Of a DNA stretch of 64,000 nucleotides, positions 1-13,149 are shown piece by piece. How positions within the stretch are numbered: the stretch's first letter is position 1; each line of letters begins with the position of its first letter. The notes under the pieces are model-generated. The model was not told where the DNA came from. It saw only the letters and a program-made list of their open reading frames with translations, and ran no database searches. The DNA comes from Neoechinorhynchus agilis (lineage: Eukaryota > Animalia > Acanthocephala), in contig CM121341.1 of assembly GCA_051530055.1 (NCBI GenBank), positions 17,090,784-17,154,783 of the forward strand, given 5' to 3'. Made by a program: the position numbers and the translations under genes.

Positions 1-560
1 TCGGGTGTTTGAGGAAATAAATTTTAAAGGTGTTTAGCTTGAGGGAGAGAGTAATGTGCGAGTAACATTTCAAGTTTGATTGGAATTGGAGACCCAGAAT
101 TCTCAAATAGGTTATTCGTAGGGTATCATTTAGAAGCTCTGGGGAGAATGTGGGGTTGCGGGAGAATGAAGGGATCATTTCGAAGCATTTAGAGGTATTC
201 AAGTGGACTTTGTGATTGTTGCAAAAATTGTTTATGTGTGTGATTTCGTTGGAGGTTAAAGAGAAGGAGAGGTGGGGTGGTGATTGAGTGATGAGGGTGA
301 GATCGTCGGCATATAAGAAAAGTTTAGAATGAGAGGAGAAAGGTTTGATGTCATTTGAGTTGTGTAAATTTTAGATACTCTCGTGTGAAGAATTTCAAGA
401 TTGCGGATTAGCGATTTGGAAATGTTGCAAAATACGGGGTAACCGTAGGTGAGGGATGGTAAGATTAAGCAGAAGTAAGATTTGTAGAGACCGGGTGAAG
501 GGATTCCTAAATGTCGGAGGCGTTTGAGGAGATGAATTTTAAAAGTGTTGTGCTTGAAGG
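1..560 (-). mobile_element. Two adjacent fragments of a CR1/Jockey-like LINE reverse transcriptase
   Basis: Minus strand 345-1 reads LFLYADDL...HLNTSKCFE...LRILGLQFQSNLK. 560-350 reads ...LILPSLTYGYPVFCNISK..., the segment that follows it in the element. Nucleotide similarity to the copy at 16860-17245 is visible. Confidence 0.8.
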
Positions 561-959
561 GGAAAAATTAATCATCAATAGAAAATCGTTCGGGGTCATA
601 GAGTCGAAGTTTTATCGTTATGTACTATTATGTGAATGTTCATTCTACGATCTAGAATACATCGTCGATTTTAAAGGAAAAAATCATCTTCTATTAAAAT
701 GTTGTAGCTTATGCTTTAAAAACTGAAAGATTATCGATAAAAAGGGTCAAAAAGGGTCGATCAGACACAACGAGTTTTTGTTTTTGGAGTTTGGTGATCA
801 TAATACCGGACAGAAAATGTTGAATTGAATTGAAATATTGCATTGATCCAGCAAGGAAATGCCGTCAGCGTAAGGATGACTGCTGCGCCGATTTGATTCT
901 TTATAAAAAATCAGCATACCAACTAAAACGTTTTAGATGACTGATCAGGCGAGGTTTAT

Positions 960-1325
960 TCGTTACAAGCGACCTGACGGTTTCACGGTTTTTCCATGGC
1001 TGGAGGGAAAACCGCTTTTATGGGATGCGACTTGCGTGGACACGCTTGCCCCCAGTAATTTTCCCTTTTCAAAAAAGAGCCCTGGAGGTTCAGCGGTCGT
1101 AGCTGAGGAACGAAAGCGTTCAAAATATAAAGAGCTGCTAAGGAATTACCATTTCGCCCCTTTTGCCGTGGAAACGTACTCTTCTCGACGATTTGAGACG
1201 AAGGACGAAAAGGATGACAGGGGAACCGTGCTCGAGAAATTTCCTCGCTCAACGAGTCGCAATCGCGATACAGCGAGGGAACGCTGCTAGTATACTGGCA
1301 ACGTCAAGAAGTTCACAGGAATGAA
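960..1325 (+). mobile_element. 3' fragment (restriction-like endonuclease) of a CRE-type non-LTR retrotransposon
   Basis: KRPDG..FPWLEGKPLLWDATCVD...EERKRSKY...PFAVETY is the RLE signature. Very similar to 62645-62960, with different internal deletions. Confidence 0.85.
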
Positions 1326-1773
1326 AAACGAAATGATTTAAAACGTGATAATAAAAATTGATTGATTGAAAAAAATGTTTTATTCGGTGGAATGTTTTTA
1401 TCAAACTTCAAAACAAAAACGCGTTGTTCCCGATTGACATTTTTCACCTTTGATCGATAATCTTTCAACGTTTAAAGGAACCCCGCAACGTATTCTGGAT
1501 CATAGACTGAACAACAGCACAACCTACTTTTTCTGCTATGGTCAAGGCGACGTGAAGAAAAGTAATTTAACGTTATTAATACTGTCCCAAAGGTAACTAC
1601 GCTGAGAAAACGACCAATCGATTCTTCCGTAGCATCGGTTTGCAAGAATTTACTATTCAATGAAAAAGCTGGCTCTGTTTCCCTGCATAAAATGGCTACG
1701 CTTGGTAATCTGTCTAAAATGTAAGATTTTCAAACACATCGTCTAGCTTTATGGTGTATCCTTTTTTAACAGC

Positions 1774-4700
1774 ATGAAACAGGGCAAGATCATTAATGAA
1801 TCAGACTGCGCGACAGCTCAGAATGGTCTTTCGTTCGTACGACGTTCAATCGAGGAAGCAAATCGACGATTGGTCAATGGTGATTTGTCGACGAGATCAA
1901 GTTTAACACAACTTGAAGTTTACGCCGAGAAGATTCTAAACTTGATCCACGACTTTCAAATAGAGAAAAGTGAATCTTTAAAACTTGAAACGAAACCGTC
2001 GCTGCCAGCCGTGGTCCCATTCAACACGCATTTGTCTCGTAAGTTCTCCATCAATGAATTGAACCTTGAATGTGGCCGGATTCGATCTCGGTTGAGCAAG
2101 AATACTCACGTTACCTATGATCTTTTAATCAAAGAACTCCTGAGTGCTTTAGGAATGGATAAAGTAGAGCAACTCGGAGTAAAGAAATTAAGAGACATTG
2201 AAGTACTTGATAATCTTATGAACATTGAACGGTTAGTTCATGTGTACTTGAGTGCATTTCGAGCTACACGGTCGCTGGGAACGCTTTTTGATGTTGGAAA
2301 AGAAATTGCGAACTTTGCACGATTGAGCTCGTTCGATGAACTGTATATTGGCCCACTTGTAAAACATCCTCAAATCGTACAAATGATTTCTTTACTTGCT
2401 TTTTCTGCGGCTTGGAAAATTTAGCATGATTTAGGAATCTTAATCGTGAACTTTGGAAACGGTTTGTGAAATAATTTTCTCCTTTTTGATGTAGTGTTTT
2501 TTAGAACCAAACGCTCAAAAATTTTGATTCAGTTCACCGAGAAAATCCGAGCTTAGAAATCAAAGAATGAGTTTCGAAATTCAACAAATTGAAATCTTTT
2601 ATTTTTGTAATGAGAATTGAATAAGGAGGGGGTTTTATCAATCAGCGTTTTATTCCTATATTCATACTGAAAATTGTTTAATGTGTTTTTATCGAAACGT
2701 TCTGTATATTACGCATTTGAATCTCTCGCATTTGTAACTGTTGAGCGTTTAAAGTCTTCTTATTCCATACACGGCGGCAATTCACTCTCCGGCATGCAAA
2801 GAAACTCTTAGAGCTTTTCGATATTCCTACAAGTCAAATGTCAGTTCATCCTATAACCACCGAACAAGTTTTCCAATATTTACAGGAGCTTTTAGTGGCG
2901 CAAAATGGTCGCAGAATTGAGACGAACGATCTTCTGGATTTTATTGCAACCCGTGAAGGAGCCCGATCTTCCAAAGAGCTCGGTATTCGAATCGTATCCA
3001 TAGGGCTTGTCATATCGGCTTTAAAGGCATCAAAGCAGCATGAACGTCATAGTGTTCTATCAAACCGAGACTGTAAACGCCGATTAAAGGAGCAGTGTGA
3101 ACTTGAGCTTTCTAGAATCTGGGACAGATTGAAGACTGGCGACGTTGAGAGCATTCAGAGAAGACGGTACTGTCGACTGACTACATGGGAGTTTCTAACC
3201 GATCTCGGACTCTCGTGCCGAAAGCTTATGGAATATGAAGAGGGATACAAGGATGTTGAAGAACTTCTCGAGCGCTTGAAGCGAAATGATTACATTTCAC
3301 GTTTGTTTCATCTAGCCGTTTGTCAAGGTCGTTTCGCTTCGTCTCGTTTGCTTGACGATTCCGAAATAATTGATTTTTTGAAAGACTTTCAGTTCGGACC
3401 TGGTATTGAAACTTTAATTAACGCTGAGCGGCGTTTATGTATGCACTTTAAAGTGAATCACTTCACTGAACTCTGTCCTAAAATGACGTTCCTCCAGTTC
3501 ATTCAAACAAATTTTCCATGGCGATCGACAAATTCATCTAAAGTAGGAAGTGAAAACAAGTCATTCCACATCAAGGAGAATGTACTATTGAGTATCAATG
3601 AATGCTCTTTTTCGGACAAAGAGAACGCACGAAAGGATGCGATTGACGCTATTCGTAAATGCCGTCTGATGGATTTGATTGAAAATGAGACACGGTGGGC
3701 TCATGTCTTTGAACACAGATTAGGAAATCTGAGTGAATTTCTGAGCAAGAGTGGAGATTATGATCCTGATCTCTTGGTTTTGGAAACATCCGGTTCGTTT
3801 GTGAAGTTGACGAGAAGTGCTAATCTTGTGGCAGCACTAATCGATGAACGAAACTTGGTCGGTCATATTGTTTCATTGCTTGCCATTGAGCAAAATAAAA
3901 GTTCAATGAGTGTTGAACTTACTGATGTAATCGTATGTTTTCTCAGACGATCTGAAGATGCAGTTATGTCGATTTTACGTGGAACGGAAGTGGATGGCAA
4001 TTGGAAACGTCGATTCTCACAAATCCCCCTTCTTCGCGCTCACTTTTCTTAATAGACCACTTTCGTTCCGTAATCTGCCTCCGTCTTTTGTACCGATCCC
4101 CAATGTGCTTCAAACTTTTTGCTCAAAACATATTTCTATCAGCATTGAACATTGTCTCTCAATGCTCAAGTGCCGACGTTAGACAACGACTTTTGTCATT
4201 GGCAGCTGAACCGAACGATTTACACATTTTAGATTTACTTGGCATCAAAAGCAAAACTCAAGAAACCAAATTACTTGAAACGGAATATGTTCCTGAGAAG
4301 GGTACAATGAAGTTCGAAACTAAACGAAGCGTAAGAGAAACCCTTTCGAATGTTGAATACGACATACCTGCCCGTGATCAAATCGAAAAAATCAAAAAAG
4401 AAAAATTCTGCAATGCCTCGAGTGCACTTCGTGGAATGATAGGACGCAGCCTTCAATGTCTGGCATTAGACCTTTACAATTCGGATTTACATTTTATGTT
4501 TGAACTTCTTCAAAACGCAGACGATAACCAATACCCGCGTGGCATCGTCCCAACCTTGGAATTCGAATTGACCTCAGCGGATCTAATAATTCGAAACAAT
4601 GAAATTGGATTTCGTCCGAGAGATGTCGACTCTTTATGTGACATTGGTAACTCTTCTAAACATTCCAGAGAGTTAATTGGAAGAAAAGGAATTGGTTTTC

Positions 4701-7700
4701 GATCGGTTTTCAAAATTACGGATAAACCACAAATCCATTCAGGGTCGTACCATTTTGAATTTAATTTCAACAAACACGGGCCTTTGGGATTTGTGATGCC
4801 TGATTGGCTTGGCGAGCAAGACTGTGAAGATGAACGCGGAACACGATTTGTGCTTCCGTTAAAGACTCAAATTTCATTAAGCAATGTACTATCAGCTAGA
4901 AGTCTCTTATTTCTTAAAAATATTTCAATTGTTAGAATTGATGATAAGACGAGAAATGAAATCGTTCAGTTTAAGAAAGAAATATCCGTTAATGGAAAAC
5001 TGTTTAGACTTTCTGAGCATCGAACTGGATGGGAATCCAAGTACGAAGATTGGCTTGTTTGTTCTGGTATAGAAAACGATGCGGCCATTGCAATTCCCGT
5101 GAGTACACTCACTGATGCTAACTGTGACGTATTTGCTTATTTACCGGTGAAGTCATACGGTCTTCCTTTTATTGTTCAAGCTGATTTCGACGTCACGGCA
5201 TCTCGACAGGATATTAGGTTCTCAAGTGACCGTAACATGAGGCTTTTGAATCAATTGTCCAAAGTATTCACTGAAAAGGTCCCTGCCGCTCTCTTAGAAA
5301 TCTTTACAGACCCAAGAAAACGCGCGAAACGATTACTCAATCTAATACCGAACCCACAATCTATATCAACACCCGCTTTCATGACTTTTGCTCTCAATAT
5401 TATCGAATCGATTCGTAGTATACCCTTATTTTGCCCAGAATCAGATTCGGACATATTGGTACCATTTTCAGAATGCGCTTATTTGAAACAACAATCGTTG
5501 GCCAGAGTTTTAGACAGACAGTTTGTAAGACTTAAATTCAACCGTACTTTATTGAGCTCTGATATCTACGGTTCACTCACAGAAGGCCAATTGAGCGCAC
5601 TTGGAATAAGAGAATTGACAGTACAAGATCTTGTGGGTTGTCTAAATGGAGATGACGAAAAATTTGGTGAACAGTTGCTTACGATTCATAGAGGAGTCAT
5701 GTCTGTTTCGATCGAGCAGTCTGGGACTTTGGTAAGCGTTTTATGCTGAATCGGGCACCAGCCGAAAATTTTAACTGTTTCTCTATAACTCGAAAAATTT
5801 ATTTATAGCCAAAATGATCGTATCATTGATAAAACTGTGTAGATGTTTTACAATAGATCGATTCCCTTCTACCTTTCATACTTATTAAAAAAATATACTC
5901 GGTGCCGCCTCTATTAAGGTTCTATGATATATTTCTACAAAAATGCGATTTTCTGGCTTTTTTAATGTGAAATATCAATTTTAAACTGAATTTCTCAGTC
6001 ACGAAATGATTAATGGTTTTTGTATTGATCCATGTCGTCCATTTCCAAAGTCCAAGACTGACAAAGAAGAAGAAACAAAGATCGTGCAATGCTTACGGGC
6101 GTCCGAGATCTTTCCAGTGTACAAATCCGGGTGTAGGATACTTTCATCATTGGACAAACTTACTGTCTATTTTCCCATGGAGCACTTAAATATTCCAAAA
6201 TCGATATCCAAATCGTTTCCCATCCTTTCACATGAAGCCCTTATTCCCGATAAAGATGAACTTGAGTGTTTCTTTACTCATCTTGGGGTACGAAAGTTAA
6301 CATTGAATGAGATCGTCCACGAGGCTGTGTCCGTGGCCTCCTCTCACGTTCAGAACGCCGATGCACTCATTGAAAGTGTACTCTTTATTTTCTCAGATTG
6401 GAAAACTAGCATAAGTACGATAGAAGGATTCAGAGGCCGTTTTCAGTTAAGAACGAAAAAGAAAACCTTCGTTGAGTCTTCGCTAGTCACGTTCCCATTC
6501 GGTACAGATGATATTCAAGATTGTTTTCCTTTGATAGAGTTGAACACGATTGATGATAGTGCGTATAATGTTCAGTCGAAGGACATCAGTGAATGGCGTC
6601 AATTTCTGGAATTTATAGGAGTAAGTGATCTGATAAAAGTTTCGAATATTTGTAGCGAAAATAACCGAGATTTTGCGTGCAATGACTTCGACCGCTTGAC
6701 GTTTCAATTCAATGGATGCAAAGTTATATTTGATTTGATTTCACGACACTGGTCAAGATTTAAAAAGTTCCTGAATTCTGAGTATGTTGACGGAAATAGA
6801 CGGATTGAAACTAAACCATCGACGTTTTCGAATCAGCTGTGCAATAGTTCGTGGATTCCATGCAGTTTTGAAGGAAAGAATTTCCTAAAGAAACCCGAAG
6901 AAGTATTTTTGCGTAATGTGGAGATCGAAAATGCGTTTGGTGCTAATGTTCCATATTTGTCTTCAAACCTGGAGCAGCCATGCCGAGATATGGTGTCAAG
7001 AATTCGTCTTATCGATCATATTGATGAACTGAGTATTGATCGCGTATACAATGCATGGTGTAAAAATGAAAACCTTGAAGCAAGTCCTGTTCATATGACA
7101 AATTTTTATTCCATACAGAGAATATTTTTAATTTGCTAACCAAAAGAATCTTTGCCTACTTGGTTTATATGGCTTCTTAGACGAATTAATGCAGGTAAAG
7201 GATTTTCTGCGCGATAGGTTAAGCGAATTCCAGTACTAATGAACGATATATAATTTTAAAAGATAAATTTGATTCATTTCCAATGACTTTGTTTAAATTT
7301 TATCGGTAGCTTACTGTTGAACGAGAAATTTCAAGAGATTTTAATAATAATGGAAATCGTCGAAAAAATTGCACCGCTGTTATAAAATTACAAAACTCGA
7401 TGTATTTAAAGAACGAATTTCAAAAACATTGAAAGTTTTATTACACAACAATATCTTATCGAGCAAATTAAAGGTATTAAATAATTTTTCAGCTTTTTTC
7501 GGTGGAATCATTAAGAGAACGCTATAACAAAATCTGGATCCCTGAAGAAGAAAGTAATGTGCTTGGAAGCTCTCTTAGAATAAGTGGTCGCTTTGTCGAA
7601 TGTAGCGAGCTTTTGTCCGGATCTCGTCTTCAACTCATATATCCGGAAAGCCTTTGTTCCACCTTTTCAACTGTATTTGCATTAACGGCCGATGATCATG

Positions 7701-8260
7701 AGACGGTACAAATTCAAACAAGCATTCGAATTGAGAATGTTCTCAAAATGGCTGAGGCAATGTCAAGAAAACGTCAATCGAAAGTGGTTGAACATCAAAG
7801 CATGAAGTCAAGCCGCCCGTCGTCCGACGTGATAATCCCAGGACTGGTCAAGAGACTGCGGTTTAATTGTGAAAACCAAATTCGTGATACTGGGCGATGG
7901 GGTGAGCAGTTTGTCTACAAGAATTTGCTTCATGAGAACCAAGCTGATGTGGACAATGGTAATGTTCAGATTGTTTGGTTGAATGAGATGAAAGAAAGTG
8001 GTCGTCCTTATGACATTACAATCACCCGAAACCAAAAGGTGTTGTACATCGAAGTCAAAGCGACCGCTGACCGCGATTGTCGTTGTTATTTTCCAATCAG
8101 TGCAGCTGAAATATATCATGCAATGGATAATCCTGGAATGTATGACGTCTACAGAGTTAGTGGAGCCGGTGGAGATGAGTCAAATGCCAAGCTTATGATC
8201 ATTAGAGACTTACCTAGAAAGTTGTTAAAGCATGAAGTCGACTTGTTCATTGGAGTGTAA
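1774..8260 (+). CDS. NOV: NO VEIN-like protein: sacsin-like GHKL ATPase plus C-terminal NOV_C/DUF3883 nuclease-like domain; multi-exon
   Basis: ORF 4001-5749 has LYNSDLHFMFELLQNADDN, NNEIGF..DVDSLCDIGNSSK and IGRKGIGFRSVF. ORF 7502-8260 has GRWGEQFVY...GRPYD...YIEVKAT...FPISAAE. A 47-nt GT-AG intron at 4009-4055 joins the 2838 and 4001 frames. Other exon borders and the true start are approximate. Confidence 0.8.
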
Positions 8261-8689
8261 TCTTCTAGGCGGTGTAAATGTTCTTAAATTCAAAATATAT
8301 CAATCGTCTTTTCCAATTTTAAACGTTCGCCGGCAATAGGGCAAAGTTTATTGATAGATTCTAGCGCTATTTTGATTTTCAAGACGAAGAGCTCCGCAAT
8401 AATCGCAGCACCCTATCATCGTCGGACAACCTCACACCATGGTCTCAACTTCGGATAATTATTCTTCAATGTCGCTCGTCTAGAAAATCTGAAATGGTCC
8501 AAGAAAAACCGTGTTATATCTAACTAGCCAGTTACTTTTTTAAAATGTTGAATTGACTATTATTTCAAGGTGTTGGACACTTGATTCTGTACTGTATTTA
8601 ACTGACAAAACATTTGTGGTATCCGACATTTATATAGAGGTTCATTGGTTTTTCATCAATAAAATCAACACACACACTAAAATCCCGAA

Positions 8690-9720
8690 TATTGAAACCA
8701 GTAGTCTCCCATCGACTTTTATCTCCCACCTCCATGTGTATAAAGCTACCTCTCTCTATATTCCTTCAAATACCATACGACATGATCAGCACCACAACTC
8801 CTGCGTCCGAGTCCATCTCTCATTGAGCTCCATTGATTGAGATCGAAATCTTTGGAACTGCGGTTAAATAATTTCCTTGGCGATTATATTTATTTCTTTA
8901 TCGACTGCTTCCGTTTCTTCGATAACCTGTACCTTGAGCCTACTTTGACAGCATTGTTTCATGTGAGCCAAACGACCCTATCTGTTACATTTCGCTTTTC
9001 CGGAAATACACTCCGATAAATATACATGCCTCTCGACTTTCTACGGTATCCACATCGCTTTAGGTGTTCATATTTAGATTTTATGACGATGCTGCGAACT
9101 TTGCCGATGCGATCTTCCGCTTGCATCGAGTGTTTTTCTATTTGCATCTCAGAATATACTTGATTCGTCATCTCAACTTTCGTCGCAATTTTTAGTACTT
9201 CATCAAGTGAAGGGTCCTCTAGTTCCAATGCCTTCAATAGATCTGCTGATTTCGGCGTGCGCGAAACTATTAAATCACGTAATCGATCGTCTATTGCCGC
9301 TTTTAAGTTCGCGATTTTTGTCAGGAAAAAATTGCGTCGATTGGTTAAACTTTTAGCTTCCACAATCCATTCCTTGTAATGGCCGATCGTAATATAGGTC
9401 GACAATCTAAATGATATAGTAATAATCGACATTCGTACCACTTATCTTGCGTTCCAGCTTCAACAGCAATTTAAAAGATGCACTTTCGGACGAATCCCAT
9501 GAAAAGTGTGTTCTCGATCGATTACAGGATTTGCTTTCAAGTGGTGTTTGGAATAAGCCCGCGTCTTCGTTTCGGCATCGATAGTTCGAAAAGCAGCACA
9601 CCATCATTGTTATTCATTCTCAACTGCAGCATAAACCTTCCATCATGTCTGCAGTCGCAGGATCTTATTTTGTTCAATCGAAACTTCCATTCTGTTTGTG
9701 CTCTTACTTCCGCCACCATT
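8690..9720 (-). mobile_element. Degenerate Ty3/Gypsy gag-protease relic
   Basis: HYKEWIVEAKSL...IDDRLRDLIV...LELEDPSLDEVLKIA is gag-like. Downstream INGAQ*EMDSDAGVVVLI resembles a retropepsin motif. Frameshifts and stops present. Confidence 0.55.
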
Positions 9721-9758
9721 TGTACTGTCTTTTATTTAACAGAACATACTTCATATGA

Positions 9759-9947
9759 TAATTTTGGTGAACATAATCCCGGTCACAACCTATTTGATTT
9801 TGATTTATTGGAAATATTTCGTGAGACTGATGAGGCGAGGTTACCTCGCGAAATATTTCCAATAAATCAAAATTAAATAGGTTGCGACCGGGATTATGTT
9901 TACCAAAATTACACTTTGACTTATCCGAAGGATTTTCTACCGATGAT
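9759..9947 (+). repeat. Family A palindromic element: ~150-bp hairpin plus CCGAAGGATTTTCT tail
   Basis: Arms ~9759-9825 and ~9845-9911 are near-perfect reverse complements. Related sequence at 12946, 26566, 38180 and 50253. Confidence 0.9.
9822..9861 (+). ncRNA. Minimal type I hammerhead ribozyme motif
   Basis: CUGAUGA(9827-33)-G-GCGAGG/UUA/CCUCGC-GAAA(9850-53)-UAU-U17. Stem III is the palindrome AUAU; stem I is short (2+2 bp). Confidence 0.65.
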
Positions 9948-10716
9948 AATTTATTTTCGTTCTACAAATCCAAAACGCGTAGTTTGCATACTCTAAGAAA
10001 AACTTTTATCAACAATTTGTACTCGGGTAGATAATCACAATAAAAATAAGTCTTCGATGAAATCGTGTTGAAGAAAGCGAGGTTTTATTTTTGAGGAATG
10101 TGAGTGAGCATTTTGTCAAGATTGAAAAATATAAAAGTACTTGTTTAATCGATTTTATTCCTTGAATGTTTGCAAAGTGTAAATTTACACAAAGTTAATG
10201 CTAAATGGCCATTTGCCGTTGCCCATTATTTTGTAGTCCAAGTTAATACTCATAAAGACTTTAAAGATTTCGCTAAGGTAAAAATTTCTATTTTGCCTTG
10301 TTTAAATGATAGATATTTTAATTGAAAGTCTAAAATATTTGTTATTTTAAGTTTTAACATGGATGTTCGTTTCAAGTGACTTACCAAAAAAGTATTTGAA
10401 AAGTTGCGTAGATTTAAGACGCTTTTTCAGCGCGTTTTTCCCTGTTTTGCTGATTCACCAACTATACAAGTATTGCGTTTTTCCTTAGGGTTGACATTTT
10501 TAAGTCTAACACCGTTACGCGTAGTAATGGCAAACATTCTTGTCTTTTATATCATTAAATAACAGTAGGTCAAAAACGGTATTTAATTAACTATTAAGAC
10601 GGATAAGTCGTTTAAAACTTTTTGGGTCTAGAATTTAAGTATGGATTTTATTTCTCCTTTTTAAAGGAAATTGTGAATATCGAAGGATACATGTTTTTCC
10701 CCCGATTTGGCGAAAA

Positions 10717-12367
10717 TTATTAAATTATTTAAAGTAAAAGGGTCAATATTTCCACTCGCTCGTGAGTCTTCTTAAGGATGTCTAAATATAGTATGAAAGT
10801 TTTTGAAGTGATTGGAGTACTCATTTTGAGTACACAATCCGCCTTATCGCCTTCCATTGTATCATATTGTTTAATAAAAATCGACTCAGCGATAACACGA
10901 ACGTGAAGTACACAAACATCCCGTCAAATTATAAGACCTATAATAGCTGCACACTCAACCTATGCGACTTCGGTGTCGCGGTGTATAGCGAATATCTTGA
11001 AAGGACTTATGCCATACAGTGATAAGGTGGTTACGTCTGGTCATGAATTTATTGAGACCCTTAGGGTCCATACTGAATTAATAGATCACCAAATGATCTC
11101 AGCCGATGTAGCCTCTCTATTCACTAAGATTCCAGTAAAAAAGGCCATTGATTTGGCTATCCCATTGCCTATGAATAATGATAAATTCTGGAATCTTTCC
11201 AGATAAGACCGGAAAAGGCTTTTGGAATTCTGTACTGGGCAAAATAATTTTCAATTTGAAGACAGTCATTTTGATCAGGTGAATGGTGTATCAATGGGTA
11301 GTCCGATTGCTCCAGTCTTGGCTGAGATCTACCTGCGTCATTAGGAGAGTATCAACGTGCCTGATTTCCCATTCATAAAATTGTGGCTTCGCTATGTGGA
11401 CGACACATTTCTCCTGGTAGACAGTACAGTATCTGTAGATTTTCTGTGTAACATTCTAAACAGTAAAGACCCATCAATCCAATGGAGTGCTGACAAGGAA
11501 AAAGATCATGTCCTCCCATTCTTAGATGTTCTGGTTGAACGGTATGAATATTTCAGAACAAAGGTTTCTCGGAAACCTCACATTCCAAATCAACCAGTAC
11601 CTTGGACATCAGCACAGCCCAGTAAGTACAAAATAAGTAGAATGACGGCACTATTTAGAAGGGCGTTTAAATATTGCTCGGAGGATGAGTATTTGAAGTT
11701 GGAAATAAATTACTTAAAAATCCTTTTTAAGAAGAGAGGCTATCCCTATAAATACATCTCACGCTGCATGCAGAGCCTGAGTCAATGGAAAAGGAGGGTT
11801 GGTGAAAAGCCCGAAGAAATGCGATACATAAATATCCCATTTATTAGTGATACCCAGAATGACAGTCTGAATAGTCAGATTGTCAAAAAATATAAGGGAA
11901 AAACATTAAGGCAGTGGCATACACGACAAAAGGAAAATCCCTCAATGCTGTCATAGGTTCTGCAAGAGCTGACCCACCAACTGGTGTGGTTTATTGCATA
12001 CCGTGTGGATATTGTGCCAGATCCTATATAGGACAAACTAACAGTCTCTGCCGCAGAATCTATGAACATAGGTATGCACTGAGGAGAAATGATGCGAACT
12101 CAGCGATAGTCAATCATGTTGATGCAACGGTACACACAATCAACTTTGACAATGTTTTATTCCGTAGCGACAATCGATACGTTCGTGTTATCGCTGAGTC
12201 GATTTTTATTAAACAATATGATACAATGGATGGCAATAAGGCGGACTATGTACTCAAAATGAGTACTCCAATCACATGAAAAACTTTCCTACTCTTTTTA
12301 GACATCCTGAAGAAGACTCACGAGCGAGTCGAAATATTGACCCTTTTACTTTGAATAATTTAATAAA
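10717..12367 (+). mobile_element. Degenerate Penelope-like element (RT + GIY-YIG) with an inverted copy of its 3' end upstream
   Basis: RT motifs MISADVASLFTKIP, QVNGVSMGSP and LRYVDDTF. GIY-YIG: GVVYCIPC..C...YIGQT...RRIYEH. 10717-10895 is the reverse complement of ~12179-12367. Stops and frameshifts present. Confidence 0.92.
12305..12340 (+). ncRNA. Minimal hammerhead ribozyme motif in the Penelope 3' end
   Basis: CUGAAGA(12307-13)-A-GACUC/ACGAGC/GAGUC-GAAA-UAU-U17. Stem I is only 2 bp. The inverted copy near 10745-10780 has a mutated core (CUUAAGA). Confidence 0.65.
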
Positions 12368-12468
12368 TTTGAAGGAAATCTTGATGTCTGAAAAGTTAGC
12401 CTATACGAAGTTTTACTTTTAATCATCTTCGCTAACACACAAAAATCTATAAAACTACATTAATGCAC

Positions 12469-12843
12469 TCACTGAAAGTGGACGCAAATCGTGCCACCGT
12501 TATGTATTCCCAATCGCTCAAATGTTTCGTTCGAATAACCGTCAATCCTCATATCACCATAAAATAACAACAAACATCGAGGCTCAACTTTAAAACGTTC
12601 GGCTAATGTTTCAAGCAAATCTTTTATCAGTGGGACGCCTTTAGTCGTTAAAACAATGGACCACAGCTCTTCTCCACAAGCGACGCTTATAATTTGACGG
12701 CGAATATAAACTACTTCTTTAGAATCCTTATAGTTATCTTTTGCTTCAATCAAAGAATCGGGCTTATCCTTTAAGCAAAAGCTGATTTTGCACTCGTCAA
12801 TGGTGTACTTTGAAGGATGCCCGTTCTCTTCGAACGAATCCAT
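12469..12843 (-). CDS. Small intronless protein with a C-terminal SUMO/ubiquitin-like fold, no terminal GG
   Basis: LAERFKVEPRCLLLFYGDMRI...ETFERLGIHNGGTICVH fits the UBL/Rad60-SLD pattern (F-DG-RI...T-E-LG-E-GD-I-V). Confidence 0.45.
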   Translation of the reverse strand: MDSFEENGHPSKYTIDECKISFCLKDKPDSLIEAKDNYKDSKEVVYIRRQIISVACGEELWSIVLTTKGVPLIKDLLETLAERFKVEPRCLLLFYGDMRIDGYSNETFERLGIHNGGTICVHFQ

Positions 12844-12945
12844 CGAATTTACTTTTAATCTAATGATATAACGATTTCAGTTCGAAGTTGCTATGGTGAT
12901 TTCAGATATGGAAATACCTTCATTCTCAAACGTAAGCGTGTTGTG

Positions 12946-12990
12946 CCCGGGATTATGTTCACCTACCCGAAGGATTTTCAATCGATGATA
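12946..12990 (+). repeat. Family A 3' remnant
   Basis: CCCGGGATTATGTTCACC..CCCGAAGGATTTTCAATCGATGATA matches 9888-9947 and 50391-50447. Confidence 0.75.
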
Positions 12991-13149
12991 CTTCATATTC
13001 GACATTTGCACGAAGGTCAACTGGTTCATTAACGCACATGCACACGTCTGGACTTAATGACTTACCAGTGATTTTGAATTTGGCGAATGTGTTTTTGAGT
13101 ATGTGCTTTCACTTTTCAAAATTGTTCCTTTTTCGCTACGGGTCGAGGA

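Noticed and set aside
1756-1772. U12-type donor GTATCCTTT
   Set aside because: It lies in the pyrimidine tract about 8 nt before an ordinary AG acceptor, and no plausible exon ends there.
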